Part shown: one piece after another, positions 52,354-61,950 of the stretch
How positions within the stretch are numbered: position 1 is the stretch's first letter
Layout of the letters: the number at the start of each line of letters is the position of its first letter
IMG/VR virus record: IMGVR_UViG_638275429_000001
Span: 23,740-87,739 of that record
Direction: 5' to 3' (one strand)
Length of the DNA stretch: 64,000 bases
Source: a virus
Taxonomy: Duplodnaviria > Heunggongvirae > Uroviricota > Caudoviricetes > Straboviridae
Position numbers and translations under genes: made by a program
Notes under the pieces: model-generated
Seen by the model: the letters and a program-made list of their open reading frames with translations, nothing else
Databases searched by the model: none
What the model was told of the DNA's origin: nothing

Positions 52354-52461
52354 CTGGCTTCGCCAGTTCGAGCTTCGCTCGAATTTATCCTTTTTATCCT
52401 TTAGGTTATATAATCTATTAGGCCTTAAAGGATAAAAATGCTAGTTTGGCAGAGCCAAACC
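52354..52461. repeat. 108-bp perfect inverted repeat, copy B (partner at 6317-6424)
   Basis: exact reverse complement of 6317-6424; sits between gene 2 stop and gene 3 start. Confidence 0.9.
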
Positions 52462-52512
52462 CTGGAGGTATTGTTATACGAAAAAGGCCTAGACATTGTC
52501 CAGGCCAATACG

Positions 52513-53319
52513 TTAAGCTTTCGCCCAAACCTTGCGAGCAGAATATCTCTTGCCCTTGGATACGAATTGCTGCAGAGGCATGTAAATCACGTTTACCCAG
52601 TCAGACGGTTTTATTTCCATCATTGAGCCTTTTATATGGCCTGGCAAATACGCTTTTATCATGACATCCGAGCCACTCATTCCTCGTACATTCGACCAGT
52701 TTATCTTCAGAGTAGTTTTGTTTGAAAGTCTTTCGGTGCTTGCGTAATTTTTAAGCAATTCCTCTAGAAAACTCTGACGCGCTTTAGGCGGAATGTAGTG
52801 CAAGTTGAGACCATAGAGCAATGGGCCTGAGCCTGATGATCCAATGCCAAGAAAAACGATAAGTGGGAATTTGTCCCAATACTCGAGGGTATCCTTATGC
52901 TTAGCGTCATATGCGAACGTATAAATTCTTCCTGGTTTTGGTTTTGCAACCATATGACCACGGATGGACTTGCGGATCGTATCGTCGAACCATTTTTGCG
53001 ATTTGTTGTTATTTGCGGCACCTGAATCGGCGGCGCGAGCTCGCATTTGGCTTCTGAAATCGTTTATCATTGCCAATGCTTTTTCGCGGGAGTTGAGTTT
53101 GGCTTTATTCTTTAAACTCTCGACCTCGATAGCAAGATCGATTTGTTTCGCGAATTTAAGCATAGTTCGCCGGAACGTGTCGAAATTCAAACCATTTGCT
53201 TTCGCAAAATCCCGCCCAGATACTCCCTTCGCTTTCGCATTTCTCCATTTAACCCCTAAATCAACCCACTGGTTTCGAGTCTTTTTAACTGGTGCTTCAT
53301 CAATATAGTCGAATATCAT
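52513..53319 (-). CDS. 2: gp2 DNA end-protector protein
   Basis: 268 aa from ATG at 53319 (TAATG overlap with gp4 stop); size/position as T4 gp2. Confidence 0.6.
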   Translation of the reverse strand: MIFDYIDEAPVKKTRNQWVDLGVKWRNAKAKGVSGRDFAKANGLNFDTFRRTMLKFAKQIDLAIEVESLKNKAKLNSREKALAMINDFRSQMRARAADSGAANNNKSQKWFDDTIRKSIRGHMVAKPKPGRIYTFAYDAKHKDTLEYWDKFPLIVFLGIGSSGSGPLLYGLNLHYIPPKARQSFLEELLKNYASTERLSNKTTLKINWSNVRGMSGSDVMIKAYLPGHIKGSMMEIKPSDWVNVIYMPLQQFVSKGKRYSARKVWAKA

Positions 53320-53771
53320 TATCCTCTCCAGCCAAAGTGAGATTTGAGTGTCACCTCGGTTATTATTTTGAAATTCCACCCTTTGCTTTCGCATAGCGCC
53401 TGGGCAGCTTTCCACTTATCTGTGTTTACTTGCCAAGTGTACATTTCCGATATGAAATTCTTTTTTGCTTTAGCTGTGTTGGTCGAAGGCATAACAGGCG
53501 GCCGACATTCTTTTTCGGGTTTAACCTCGAATAAAAACACGTCGCCGGTCACCATTTTGACATAGAAATCCATGAAATATCGACGGCGTTTTCCATCAGC
53601 ATTTGAGAAATACGGAATTATCACTTCTTCCGACGACCAACTAATCACTGATGCTGACTGATCGCACCATTTCATCAGCCAAGCCTCCCAGCTCGACCGA
53701 TATGTGATTTTGTTTGGGTCACCGTTGTACTTGCTTAAATTTTTTGGCCTGAATTTTCCAGAATATGCCAT
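53319..53771 (-). CDS. 4: gp4 head completion protein
   Basis: 150 aa; MAYSGKFRPKNLSKYNGDPNKITYRSSWEAWLMKWCD... recalled as similar to T4 gp4 N-terminus; same length. Confidence 0.7.
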   Translation of the reverse strand: MAYSGKFRPKNLSKYNGDPNKITYRSSWEAWLMKWCDQSASVISWSSEEVIIPYFSNADGKRRRYFMDFYVKMVTGDVFLFEVKPEKECRPPVMPSTNTAKAKKNFISEMYTWQVNTDKWKAAQALCESKGWNFKIITEVTLKSHFGWRG

Positions 53772-54265
53772 TATCTACCTCTATTTACGTAGTCTCTTAA
53801 ATTGTTTGCCCATATCGTCCACGTTCCAACAACTTTTTGAGAATAGGTCTTCTGCATCGTATGTCGAACTGGAGGGTTTACCGGAAGTCCTGGTTCAACT
53901 GGAACAACGACATCATATATCATCACAACAGAATATGTGAATGTCTTCTCCAATGACTGGGGAGCTTCAAATGAATAAAGATCAGCTATTAACGGGCTTG
54001 GGAGTTCTTCCCATTTTGATGCTGTCAATCGTTCACCTGTCTTAAGACGGTATTTTAGACCGCCATTGAGGGAGAATACGCCTGTGTATTCTCCCGAGAA
54101 CGATGAACCTGCAGCAATAATACCCTCATTAGGCGTCACCTGTGTCACGGTTATTGAAACCAGGGACGCTCCTGCCTCAGTTAAGTTGGCTGTGAAAGTT
54201 TGGCTAACAGGAGTATTCTCCCGGGTTACCGGGAGAATTGTTGAAGCCGGGAGTATGTCTGACAT
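53771..54265 (-). CDS. hypothetical structural-module protein (164 aa), translationally coupled downstream of gp5
   Basis: ORF between gp5 and gp4; no motif. Confidence 0.45.
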   Translation of the reverse strand: MSDILPASTILPVTRENTPVSQTFTANLTEAGASLVSITVTQVTPNEGIIAAGSSFSGEYTGVFSLNGGLKYRLKTGERLTASKWEELPSPLIADLYSFEAPQSLEKTFTYSVVMIYDVVVPVEPGLPVNPPVRHTMQKTYSQKVVGTWTIWANNLRDYVNRGR

Positions 54266-54268
54266 GAA

Positions 54269-56071
54269 TTACCCCAAGTTGATTCTAGAACCGTTGATTG
54301 AGAATGTACCTTGCGCAATATCATTCACAGTTGAAGCGCTTCTATCCCAGTTTCCGCCAACCTGATCATTGCGTGTGCCACCTACTTCAGTGCTGAAGTT
54401 ACCTCCAACTTTGAGCACATAGTTGCCATCAATTGTATTGAAGCAATCACCGACAACTTTGATATTAGCGTTCTGGTTGACTGTAGCGGCCATATTGCCA
54501 TCAATCTGCGAATCAACGTTACCCTTGACATATTGATTGACTGAACCGGTAACATGCTGATTAACATTCCCTTCAACTCGTTCAATAGAGTCTCCACGAA
54601 TAAATTGATTAGCGTTACCTGAGATAGTGGTTTCGGCATCGCCTTGGACAAAAACAACAGCATTGCCGTCAACGATGAACTTTAAATTGCCACCTACATG
54701 CACGTTTTGGTTATTTTTGACAATGTAGAAGTCATCACCGATTATTTTCTGGACTTTGGTTCCATCAGGATGAATTTCTTCAAACGTTCCAGCCTTGTGG
54801 CGGGTGTGGATACGTTCGTGACCTGGGGTGTCGTCGAATTCCTGTATATGCCCAGATTCGCTCTCGAAAACCTTATTGTATGGATATACCGCGGAATAGG
54901 CGGATGCTGGCTCTTTAAATGAAACAGTTTGCGCCGTGGCAGTTTTTGCCTTCCGAGTGATTGACCGGGTTGCTATCAGGGGCATCGCTACGGCCCTGGT
55001 GATAGACCGTACAACAGAACCTTGGGATCCGCCATAAGCAACTAAATTGCCATTCCGTATGACATCGGTTACACGTCGAGCTCGATTCGGCGTTTGTCTT
55101 GCCCAAAGAGAATCGAGAGCTTCATCTGCGGCCTTGTCATACTGCCCTAACGCCAAATATGCTAGCATCTTTTGGAAGTTTGCAACACCACCGATGCCCA
55201 TTTGGAAAGTCATGTTAATGATTGCCATTTTGCGCGTATCGTCAAGCATCGAATATACTGGACCGACTGTAGCACTTCGAGAAATGTCTGAATAAACACC
55301 ATTCAAATCACGTGCAAAAAGAGTTGAACAATCTTCCTCAGTTATTCGGCCTTGAACCTGTCGACCTACCTGTTGGCTTAACAAGCTGTTGATTCGCGAC
55401 ATGTTTTTGGTTTTTTCGTGAATGATTAGATGGCCGATACCAACAGTCGGATAACCTTCGCTATCCCAATAAACAACAACTCGAATACCCTCGTCATATC
55501 GAAGCATGTCCTCGATGGTAACGTCCGGATTTGGGTTCGGTTTAATTTCATCGTTTGGCGTTCTGTTCGGCTCGGCTGCCCAATCTCGGTTCAAATCCTG
55601 GTCTTCGACAGTCGCTGGAACTATTTCCTCAGTTTGAGCTATTTGGCCAGGCGCAATTTTGATTTCTTTTCCGCCACGGGCCAATATGTTAACGTCAGAA
55701 CCAACGTAGCGCGGGAATTGGCGATTCGGGTCTGTAAAGCCTTTGTTGAAGTTGGGCATTTCTGGATAAATTCCAGGATATGTTCCCATTATTAAGCCAG
55801 ATTGATAAAAGTCATCAAGATAAAAGCCGTAAACATGGGTACCTTCAACTATCCCAGTAGGCGATTGTCCGACACCGGAAATAGAAGCAGAGGTTGTTGA
55901 GGTACCAATAGTCATCCATAAAAGATCATCGGTAGCCATACCATAGTTTTCAGCTTTTACTTTTTGCTCAGGGTGTATACCATGCACACGGACTCTGACT
56001 CTGCCCAGCATGAATGGGTCAAAACGATCTTCGACTACACCTGTAAAGAAACGATCAACACCATTAAGCAT
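54269..56071 (-). CDS. 5: gp5 baseplate hub + cell-puncturing lysozyme
   Basis: 600 aa; N-term FFTGVVEDRFDPFMLGRVRVRVHGIH (OB domain), T4-lysozyme-like middle domain (VGIGHLI...NMTFQMGIGGV...RQTPNRARRV), C-terminal VxGxxxxx beta-helix repeats. Confidence 0.92.
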   Translation of the reverse strand: MLNGVDRFFTGVVEDRFDPFMLGRVRVRVHGIHPEQKVKAENYGMATDDLLWMTIGTSTTSASISGVGQSPTGIVEGTHVYGFYLDDFYQSGLIMGTYPGIYPEMPNFNKGFTDPNRQFPRYVGSDVNILARGGKEIKIAPGQIAQTEEIVPATVEDQDLNRDWAAEPNRTPNDEIKPNPNPDVTIEDMLRYDEGIRVVVYWDSEGYPTVGIGHLIIHEKTKNMSRINSLLSQQVGRQVQGRITEEDCSTLFARDLNGVYSDISRSATVGPVYSMLDDTRKMAIINMTFQMGIGGVANFQKMLAYLALGQYDKAADEALDSLWARQTPNRARRVTDVIRNGNLVAYGGSQGSVVRSITRAVAMPLIATRSITRKAKTATAQTVSFKEPASAYSAVYPYNKVFESESGHIQEFDDTPGHERIHTRHKAGTFEEIHPDGTKVQKIIGDDFYIVKNNQNVHVGGNLKFIVDGNAVVFVQGDAETTISGNANQFIRGDSIERVEGNVNQHVTGSVNQYVKGNVDSQIDGNMAATVNQNANIKVVGDCFNTIDGNYVLKVGGNFSTEVGGTRNDQVGGNWDRSASTVNDIAQGTFSINGSRINLG

Positions 56072-56076
56072 GCCGT

Positions 56077-56616
56077 TTACACCTTTTCCATTTCGCGGAT
56101 CATATCGCTCAAAAAGGCGTTTATATCCGCAGGGTTGATTATCATGATACGCCGTCTGCTTTCGTTTAAGCTTACTTGTGCTTCGAGTGTATCTACAGCT
56201 CGAAGAGGTCCAACATATTGGACGTGCATGCGAGCTTTATCGCCTTTGTCGTACCAGTTTTGCGGGAAATCTGGATCTTCAACAAGATTCCAGTACTTTT
56301 CACCATTTGCGTCAATATGGTATGCTATTTGGTTTACTGGATATTGCTGTTCCGCGTATTGATATGCCGCATCCTGACTTGTTAACCAGTCGTAAAATGG
56401 GTCATAGGTGTTATTGAGCATAAGAAGAACCCAATAAAGTTGTTGGTTACCATACAACTCATGAGCTACCGCTTCCGGCCTTGGCGACCCGCTCAGCCAA
56501 TAAACTTCCGGTTTGTATTTGACTACAACACGGTTGAAATATGCCCGATAGTTTTTGAATATATCGGTTGTTTCTTTTCCTTGGTAGGAAATTGGATCAA
56601 AAAATGAAAATATCAT
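56077..56616 (-). CDS. 53: gp53 baseplate wedge protein
   Basis: 179 aa; MIFSFFDPISY...SGSPRPEAVAHELYGNQQLYWVLLMLNNTYDPFYDWLTSQDAAYQ...WYDKGDKAR... collinear with T4 gp53. Confidence 0.9.
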   Translation of the reverse strand: MIFSFFDPISYQGKETTDIFKNYRAYFNRVVVKYKPEVYWLSGSPRPEAVAHELYGNQQLYWVLLMLNNTYDPFYDWLTSQDAAYQYAEQQYPVNQIAYHIDANGEKYWNLVEDPDFPQNWYDKGDKARMHVQYVGPLRAVDTLEAQVSLNESRRRIMIINPADINAFLSDMIREMEKV

Positions 56617-56685
56617 AGCGCACTCCTTTTAGATTATTTAAACGTCGCCGGATGATCACTTAAATATAATAACAAGGAGGGCCAT

Positions 56686-56979
56686 ATGCCTGGACTAACC
56701 TATGATATGGCCTGGACGACCGGCCATGATACATACCCGCCTACGAGAATTCGAGCTACCCAAGGCAAAGTTTTTGTCGACGGTATACGCGTAGTAGTTG
56801 CTGGAGACACCATTGTTCCGCACACTAATACCGTTGAGCCCTATGACACCCACAGCGGCTATGTTATACCCACAACAAGCAAAATATATGTTGGCGGTAA
56901 ACCTGCAGCATCAATCGGAGACCCTACATCCGATGGAGACACAATTGCCCAATCATCAAGTAAGGTATTCATTAAATGA
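56686..56979 (+). CDS. 5.4: gp5.4 PAAR-repeat spike-tip protein
   Basis: 97 aa (same as T4 gp5.4); PAAR-like fold sequence, upstream of gp6. Confidence 0.75.
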   Translation: MPGLTYDMAWTTGHDTYPPTRIRATQGKVFVDGIRVVVAGDTIVPHTNTVEPYDTHSGYVIPTTSKIYVGGKPAASIGDPTSDGDTIAQSSSKVFIK

Positions 56980-58859
56980 AATTGAAAACTAATATACCGG
57001 ACATTTTCAACGGGGCTACATTTGATGAGATTAAACGCGACCTCATCAACTGGCTTCGAAACCAAGACGAATTCAAGGATTATGATTTCCAAGGCTCTCG
57101 TCTTAACGTATTGACCGATTTGCTTGCTTATACCACACTGTATATTCAGCAATTTTCAAACGCGGCATTATTTGAAAGCTTCATACGAACTGCTGTTCTT
57201 CGTAGTTCAGTTGTTCAGCATGCCCAAGACATGGGTTATATGCCGGATTCCAAGACTGGTTCGTCAACCACTCTGTTGCTCAAAGCAACTAACCCATTGA
57301 ACCCTACGAGCATTCGTATCCCGCGTGGAACAAAATTCGTTGGCACTGTTGAACGGACAGATAACTTCCCGTTTGTGACACTTGACGACGTTGTTATAAT
57401 CCGCGGCCAAAACAACACATATGAGTCATTGGTTAACGTTTATCAAGGGCGTATTGTTCGAACAGAGACAACATTTGACGGAACATCGCAGATTCTTTTG
57501 CGCGACCCGAATATCGATCGGTCTCAGGTACGTGTGTGGGTTGACGGTTCTCCGTGGGCGGACTGGACAAATAATTCAATAGTTGACATCACTGGTTCAT
57601 CGAATATTTTCTATATGCGTGAAACAATCGATGGAACTACCGAAATATTCTTTGGTGAAGGTGAAACATCAGTGCAAATTGCCGGCGGTGCTCTTGAGGC
57701 AAATTATATCGGAGGCCTTAAGCCGAATATCGGTGCCCGCGTTGTCGTCGAGTATTTGAGCACCCAGGGTGAAGCTGCAAACGGTTCCAAAGATTTCGCA
57801 TATACTGATACTCTTCAGAATATCATCATCACTGATCTGGTTGAGAACCCGACAGATGACCGTGATTACGTCGGCACACAGGGCGGCGGTAATGTTGAAG
57901 ACATTGAGCGCATCCGTGAATTGGCACCTGTTATGAGGGAAACACAACGGCGTTGTGTAACTGCTTCCGATTATGAGACATTCGTCTCGTCGAAGTTTGG
58001 TTCCGTTGTACAGGCCGTTCAGTGCTTCACAGACAAAGAAAAGCGTGGCTATGCTTTCATCGCAATTAAACCAAAACAGGGTCTTCGTTTGACAACTGTG
58101 CAAAAAGAAGACATCGAAAATTATCTGGCACAATACAACATGGCGACGATAACACCTGCTGTTATTGATCCAAACTACATGTACGTTAAATCGAAAATCA
58201 AAGTAACGTACAACCTCTCAGAACTGTATAACTCTGAAGAGTGGCTCCGCGGTCAAATAATTGGGTCGATCGATCGTTACTACATTGATGAAGTCGAAGT
58301 ATTCAACAAAAACTTCTCATCGTCTAAAATGTTGACTCGTGTGGATGCGACAGACGATTCAATAATTGGTTCTTCTGCCGACATCTCGCTTGTGCGAGAA
58401 GTTGATAACTTCTTCAAAACACCTATGGCTGGTATATCATTCCAGAACGGCATGAAGAAAGGTTCAATCAATAGCTCGCCGATAAACTTCACAAAAGATT
58501 CATCATCTTACGAAGTTTCGTATGTTTCGACAACGCAAAGCGGCAAAGTTCTTATCGGTCCATTTAAAACAGGAGATATTGCGCTTGCTGAATATTCCGG
58601 AACTGATTTCAACAAGGTTACCATCGAAGGACGAGACAAATACTACGACGTGGGCAGTGTTGATTATGTTCTAAACACTATAAGCTTTGATCTTGGTGTT
58701 TTACCGGTGCCATCGACCGCATTTACAGGAGCATATATAGAAATAGAAGCTCTCCCAACGGAAGATACTATTTTTGCGCGAGATGGTTCGCTTATTGTGT
58801 TTGAAAATGACCTCAGACCACAATACACTGAAATCATTCTCGAAGCTATTGCTCAATAA
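56976..58859 (+). CDS. 6: gp6 baseplate wedge protein
   Basis: 627 aa; IPDIFNGATFDEIKRDLINWLRNQDEFKDYDFQGSRLNVLTDLLAYTTLYIQQF matches T4 gp6 N-terminus. Confidence 0.92.
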   Translation: MKLKTNIPDIFNGATFDEIKRDLINWLRNQDEFKDYDFQGSRLNVLTDLLAYTTLYIQQFSNAALFESFIRTAVLRSSVVQHAQDMGYMPDSKTGSSTTLLLKATNPLNPTSIRIPRGTKFVGTVERTDNFPFVTLDDVVIIRGQNNTYESLVNVYQGRIVRTETTFDGTSQILLRDPNIDRSQVRVWVDGSPWADWTNNSIVDITGSSNIFYMRETIDGTTEIFFGEGETSVQIAGGALEANYIGGLKPNIGARVVVEYLSTQGEAANGSKDFAYTDTLQNIIITDLVENPTDDRDYVGTQGGGNVEDIERIRELAPVMRETQRRCVTASDYETFVSSKFGSVVQAVQCFTDKEKRGYAFIAIKPKQGLRLTTVQKEDIENYLAQYNMATITPAVIDPNYMYVKSKIKVTYNLSELYNSEEWLRGQIIGSIDRYYIDEVEVFNKNFSSSKMLTRVDATDDSIIGSSADISLVREVDNFFKTPMAGISFQNGMKKGSINSSPINFTKDSSSYEVSYVSTTQSGKVLIGPFKTGDIALAEYSGTDFNKVTIEGRDKYYDVGSVDYVLNTISFDLGVLPVPSTAFTGAYIEIEALPTEDTIFARDGSLIVFENDLRPQYTEIILEAIAQ

Positions 58860-58863
58860 CTAA

Positions 58864-58883
58864 GGGCCTTCGGGCCCTTTTGG
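58864..58883 (+). terminator. GC hairpin GGGCCTTCGGGCCC + TTTTGG between gp6 and gp7 (plus strand)
   Basis: hairpin followed by T-run. Confidence 0.5.
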
Positions 58884-58890
58884 AGATTTT

Positions 58891-61800
58891 ATGGTTATTA
58901 AAGCACCATCTGTTACAAGTTTGAAGATCAAAATATTATCTGCTAACCAAGTGTATATCACCTGGGATGACGTGGGTTCAAATTTTTATTACATTGTAGA
59001 GCTGGCAAGAACACGCGATTCCAGTGTTATCAACTGGACAACACTCGGCATAACTCCGAACGAAGAGTGGTTCGAAGATAAAGTAATTCAATCAGACACT
59101 CACTACAAAATGCGCGTTCGCGTATCAGGCAAAGGTTTTGAAATGTCTGACTGGGTTGAAACCGAAGAGTTTCAGACCTTTAACACAAACGCATACTACG
59201 TTTCTTCAATGCGCGAATTTACACCAGCCGCAACATTCATTAATGAAAAATTCACAAAAAACAACAAATCATACGTAGACTTCAACGATGACGTTATAAT
59301 GGCATCTCTGATGGGTGAAGACTTTGTTTTCAGCCCACAATTCAGCAATGCGACAAATATAGCGGACAAAATCGTCACCGACGAAAACTATCACGAAATA
59401 CAGGGTTACATTGAAGGTGTTTGTGCAGACATCGATAGAACAATGCTTGCTGAAATAGACGATGTACTTTATCTGTTTGAGCGTTTCCAACCTATGGCGA
59501 AAGTATCAAACGATAAAGGCCAGAACTGGAAATATTACAAAGCGTTTAACGGCCGTATAGGCAATCCAATTACCAGAACAGTAACTTATCAAACCAGCAC
59601 AACAACTTATGTTCTTGGGTATGAGAACATTTATTACGGCCGGCGCGCGAACGATGTCCGGTGGTCAGCTGATGACGTTCGTTTCAGTTCAGACACCGTA
59701 ACGTTTGCAAAAACAGGTGATGAACTCAATCTCGGATTTGACGTTGAACTTTTCAACTCATATGCTCGTCTGCCTGGCGATATGTACCGTAAAGCTGAAG
59801 CCATCGCGGCTGACGACGACTGGATATATGTTGCTGCTCGTAACAATATGCGTCGTATCCGAACTTCAAACGCGCCGATTGAAACCGACCCAGGTAGTCC
59901 AAACTTTGGTGAAAAACTGTTTGACCCAGTCGCTTATATGGTAACAAATGACCCGAGCGCTATTGTCAAGAAAATGGACACTTTCAATGGCAAATTGTAC
60001 GCTCTTGTGACCGGCAAAGTCAAATCACAATGGCTTGACCCAACAGTCCCAGCAAATATAGTATCAACTGATGCCATCGGTGTTTATATGTTTGACGGAG
60101 CTACATGGACTCGCGTTTTTGGCAATACTGCCGATGAACGTCGTTGGTTTTCACATGAATATACCAATATGTCAACCAATGGCGATGAGCTGTTCATATC
60201 CCAGGTCAATTTTAAGTTTCCGGGAACACTCCCAGATCTGGAGCTTCCAGAGAAAAATAGCCAAGTTATCGAAGCTGTCAAATATCAATTGCTTCCCGGT
60301 TACAACTCGGATATAACCATCCATATGGGTACTTTCCGCATAAACCAGGATGATGACGTTTGGAAATTAGGACCTCAGCAGTACTATAATGAAGCTGCTT
60401 ACACCTGGATGGCTCGTTCTGGTACTCGCTGTTGGATAACGAATGACAACCGTGCGCTTGTTGTTTATCCAAAAATCGTTTACTCGAAGTCTATCGATGA
60501 CGCCGGATTTGCCGATGACTCTAGGGTGAACAAGGAAACACACAACAAAGGAACTATAACGCTCTACGCAAACAACGTCAGGTTCAACGGGTTTAAACGA
60601 TACGCTAATGGTATTTTGTTCCACAAAAATACAGGTGAGATTATCGGATACTATGAGTTTCCTTATCGCGTTCGCGATGAAGCATATGTTTTCTGGAAAC
60701 CAAACTTTGTCATGCTCGTTGCTGAATTGCGAAACCAGGAGCGCGAAACTCCATGGACGCCTGCGCCAAATTATGGGCTCAAAGACCCAGATCTACGCCC
60801 GCTCGTAACCAAGATGATGCCTGAAAGTTATCTGGACGAAGATAGTAATTTTGGTGCTTTTGCTAAATATTATCTCCAGTACCTTTCTGATGGCAATGGC
60901 ACTTACTACAATAAGCTGCTCAACCTCATCAAAAACAAATACCCTCGCGAGCAATATGCGTACGAGTATCTTTGGTCAGAAGTTCTGAAGCGCAACATCT
61001 ATCTGGATGAAGCCAAACGCGATTCAGTTGCTCGATTCTTCGAAGCTAGATCGTTTGATTTCTATTCGACGAAAGGTGTTGAGCAATCGTATAAATTCTT
61101 GTTTAAGCTTCTGTACAATGAAGATGTTGAAATTGACATTGAATCGAAGCATGGTATCGAATATGACATCGTCGTCTATTCAACCAACATAAGTCAGGAC
61201 ATTGTGGGCCGGACGATTTATACTCCAACAGGTCGTGCAAACGTAACGTATATCGAACGCGAATATAATGAAGGAAAATTGCGCTGGCGGATCACCATAC
61301 ATAATATGATAGGTAAATTCTTTGAGGGACAGGAAATAAAATCTGAAACCACTGGATTTAAGGGCGACGTTATCGTTGGTGTTCGTGGTAAAGAACTTCT
61401 AAGTGACTCGATCGACTATATCAATCGCGGGCGCTCATATTATACGATGACAATCAAATCCGTTCTACCTGCATCCAGATATTCGCAGGACGTTTTGAGA
61501 TTTGTTCATCCAGTAGGTTTTGGCTTTGTCGGCATAACATTGCTTACGATGTTCATAAACTCCGGTCTATCGATGAAACACGTCGAAACCATCATTGATA
61601 ACCTCAAAACGTATCGATGGGATGCCGGATATCCACTTGAGCAATATGACCGAGTGGCCAAATTGGACGTTGACGGTAATATCGAAACAGATCCGGTTAC
61701 CGGTGAAGCAGTTTATTTGGTTGGTCCTAACGCAGGTCAGCCATTTGATGTTCCACCAGAATATGACACTGAAGAATCAAGCTGGCATGGTAAACTACCA

Positions 61801-61950
61801 TCAGAGCGTCGGTTCAAAATGAGTCCGCTGTTCGACCAATCGGCTGTGACTTTCTCAAACTTCCGTCGACTTGTTGAACAACGCTTGAAGGATGACGCTG
61901 GAAACCCACGTGACCCTAAAGTCCCAACACAGGTAAAAATTGATGAGTAA
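58891..61950 (+). CDS. 7: gp7 baseplate wedge protein
   Basis: 1019 aa (T4 gp7 1032 aa), position between 6 and 8. Confidence 0.8.
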   Translation: MVIKAPSVTSLKIKILSANQVYITWDDVGSNFYYIVELARTRDSSVINWTTLGITPNEEWFEDKVIQSDTHYKMRVRVSGKGFEMSDWVETEEFQTFNTNAYYVSSMREFTPAATFINEKFTKNNKSYVDFNDDVIMASLMGEDFVFSPQFSNATNIADKIVTDENYHEIQGYIEGVCADIDRTMLAEIDDVLYLFERFQPMAKVSNDKGQNWKYYKAFNGRIGNPITRTVTYQTSTTTYVLGYENIYYGRRANDVRWSADDVRFSSDTVTFAKTGDELNLGFDVELFNSYARLPGDMYRKAEAIAADDDWIYVAARNNMRRIRTSNAPIETDPGSPNFGEKLFDPVAYMVTNDPSAIVKKMDTFNGKLYALVTGKVKSQWLDPTVPANIVSTDAIGVYMFDGATWTRVFGNTADERRWFSHEYTNMSTNGDELFISQVNFKFPGTLPDLELPEKNSQVIEAVKYQLLPGYNSDITIHMGTFRINQDDDVWKLGPQQYYNEAAYTWMARSGTRCWITNDNRALVVYPKIVYSKSIDDAGFADDSRVNKETHNKGTITLYANNVRFNGFKRYANGILFHKNTGEIIGYYEFPYRVRDEAYVFWKPNFVMLVAELRNQERETPWTPAPNYGLKDPDLRPLVTKMMPESYLDEDSNFGAFAKYYLQYLSDGNGTYYNKLLNLIKNKYPREQYAYEYLWSEVLKRNIYLDEAKRDSVARFFEARSFDFYSTKGVEQSYKFLFKLLYNEDVEIDIESKHGIEYDIVVYSTNISQDIVGRTIYTPTGRANVTYIEREYNEGKLRWRITIHNMIGKFFEGQEIKSETTGFKGDVIVGVRGKELLSDSIDYINRGRSYYTMTIKSVLPASRYSQDVLRFVHPVGFGFVGITLLTMFINSGLSMKHVETIIDNLKTYRWDAGYPLEQYDRVAKLDVDGNIETDPVTGEAVYLVGPNAGQPFDVPPEYDTEESSWHGKLPSERRFKMSPLFDQSAVTFSNFRRLVEQRLKDDAGNPRDPKVPTQVKIDE

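Noticed and set aside
56617-56685. Late promoters in the 53/5.4 divergent region
   Set aside because: Only near-matches to TATAAATA were found (TAAATATAATAA on plus; TTTAAATAAT on minus), with no exact consensus. They were left uncalled.
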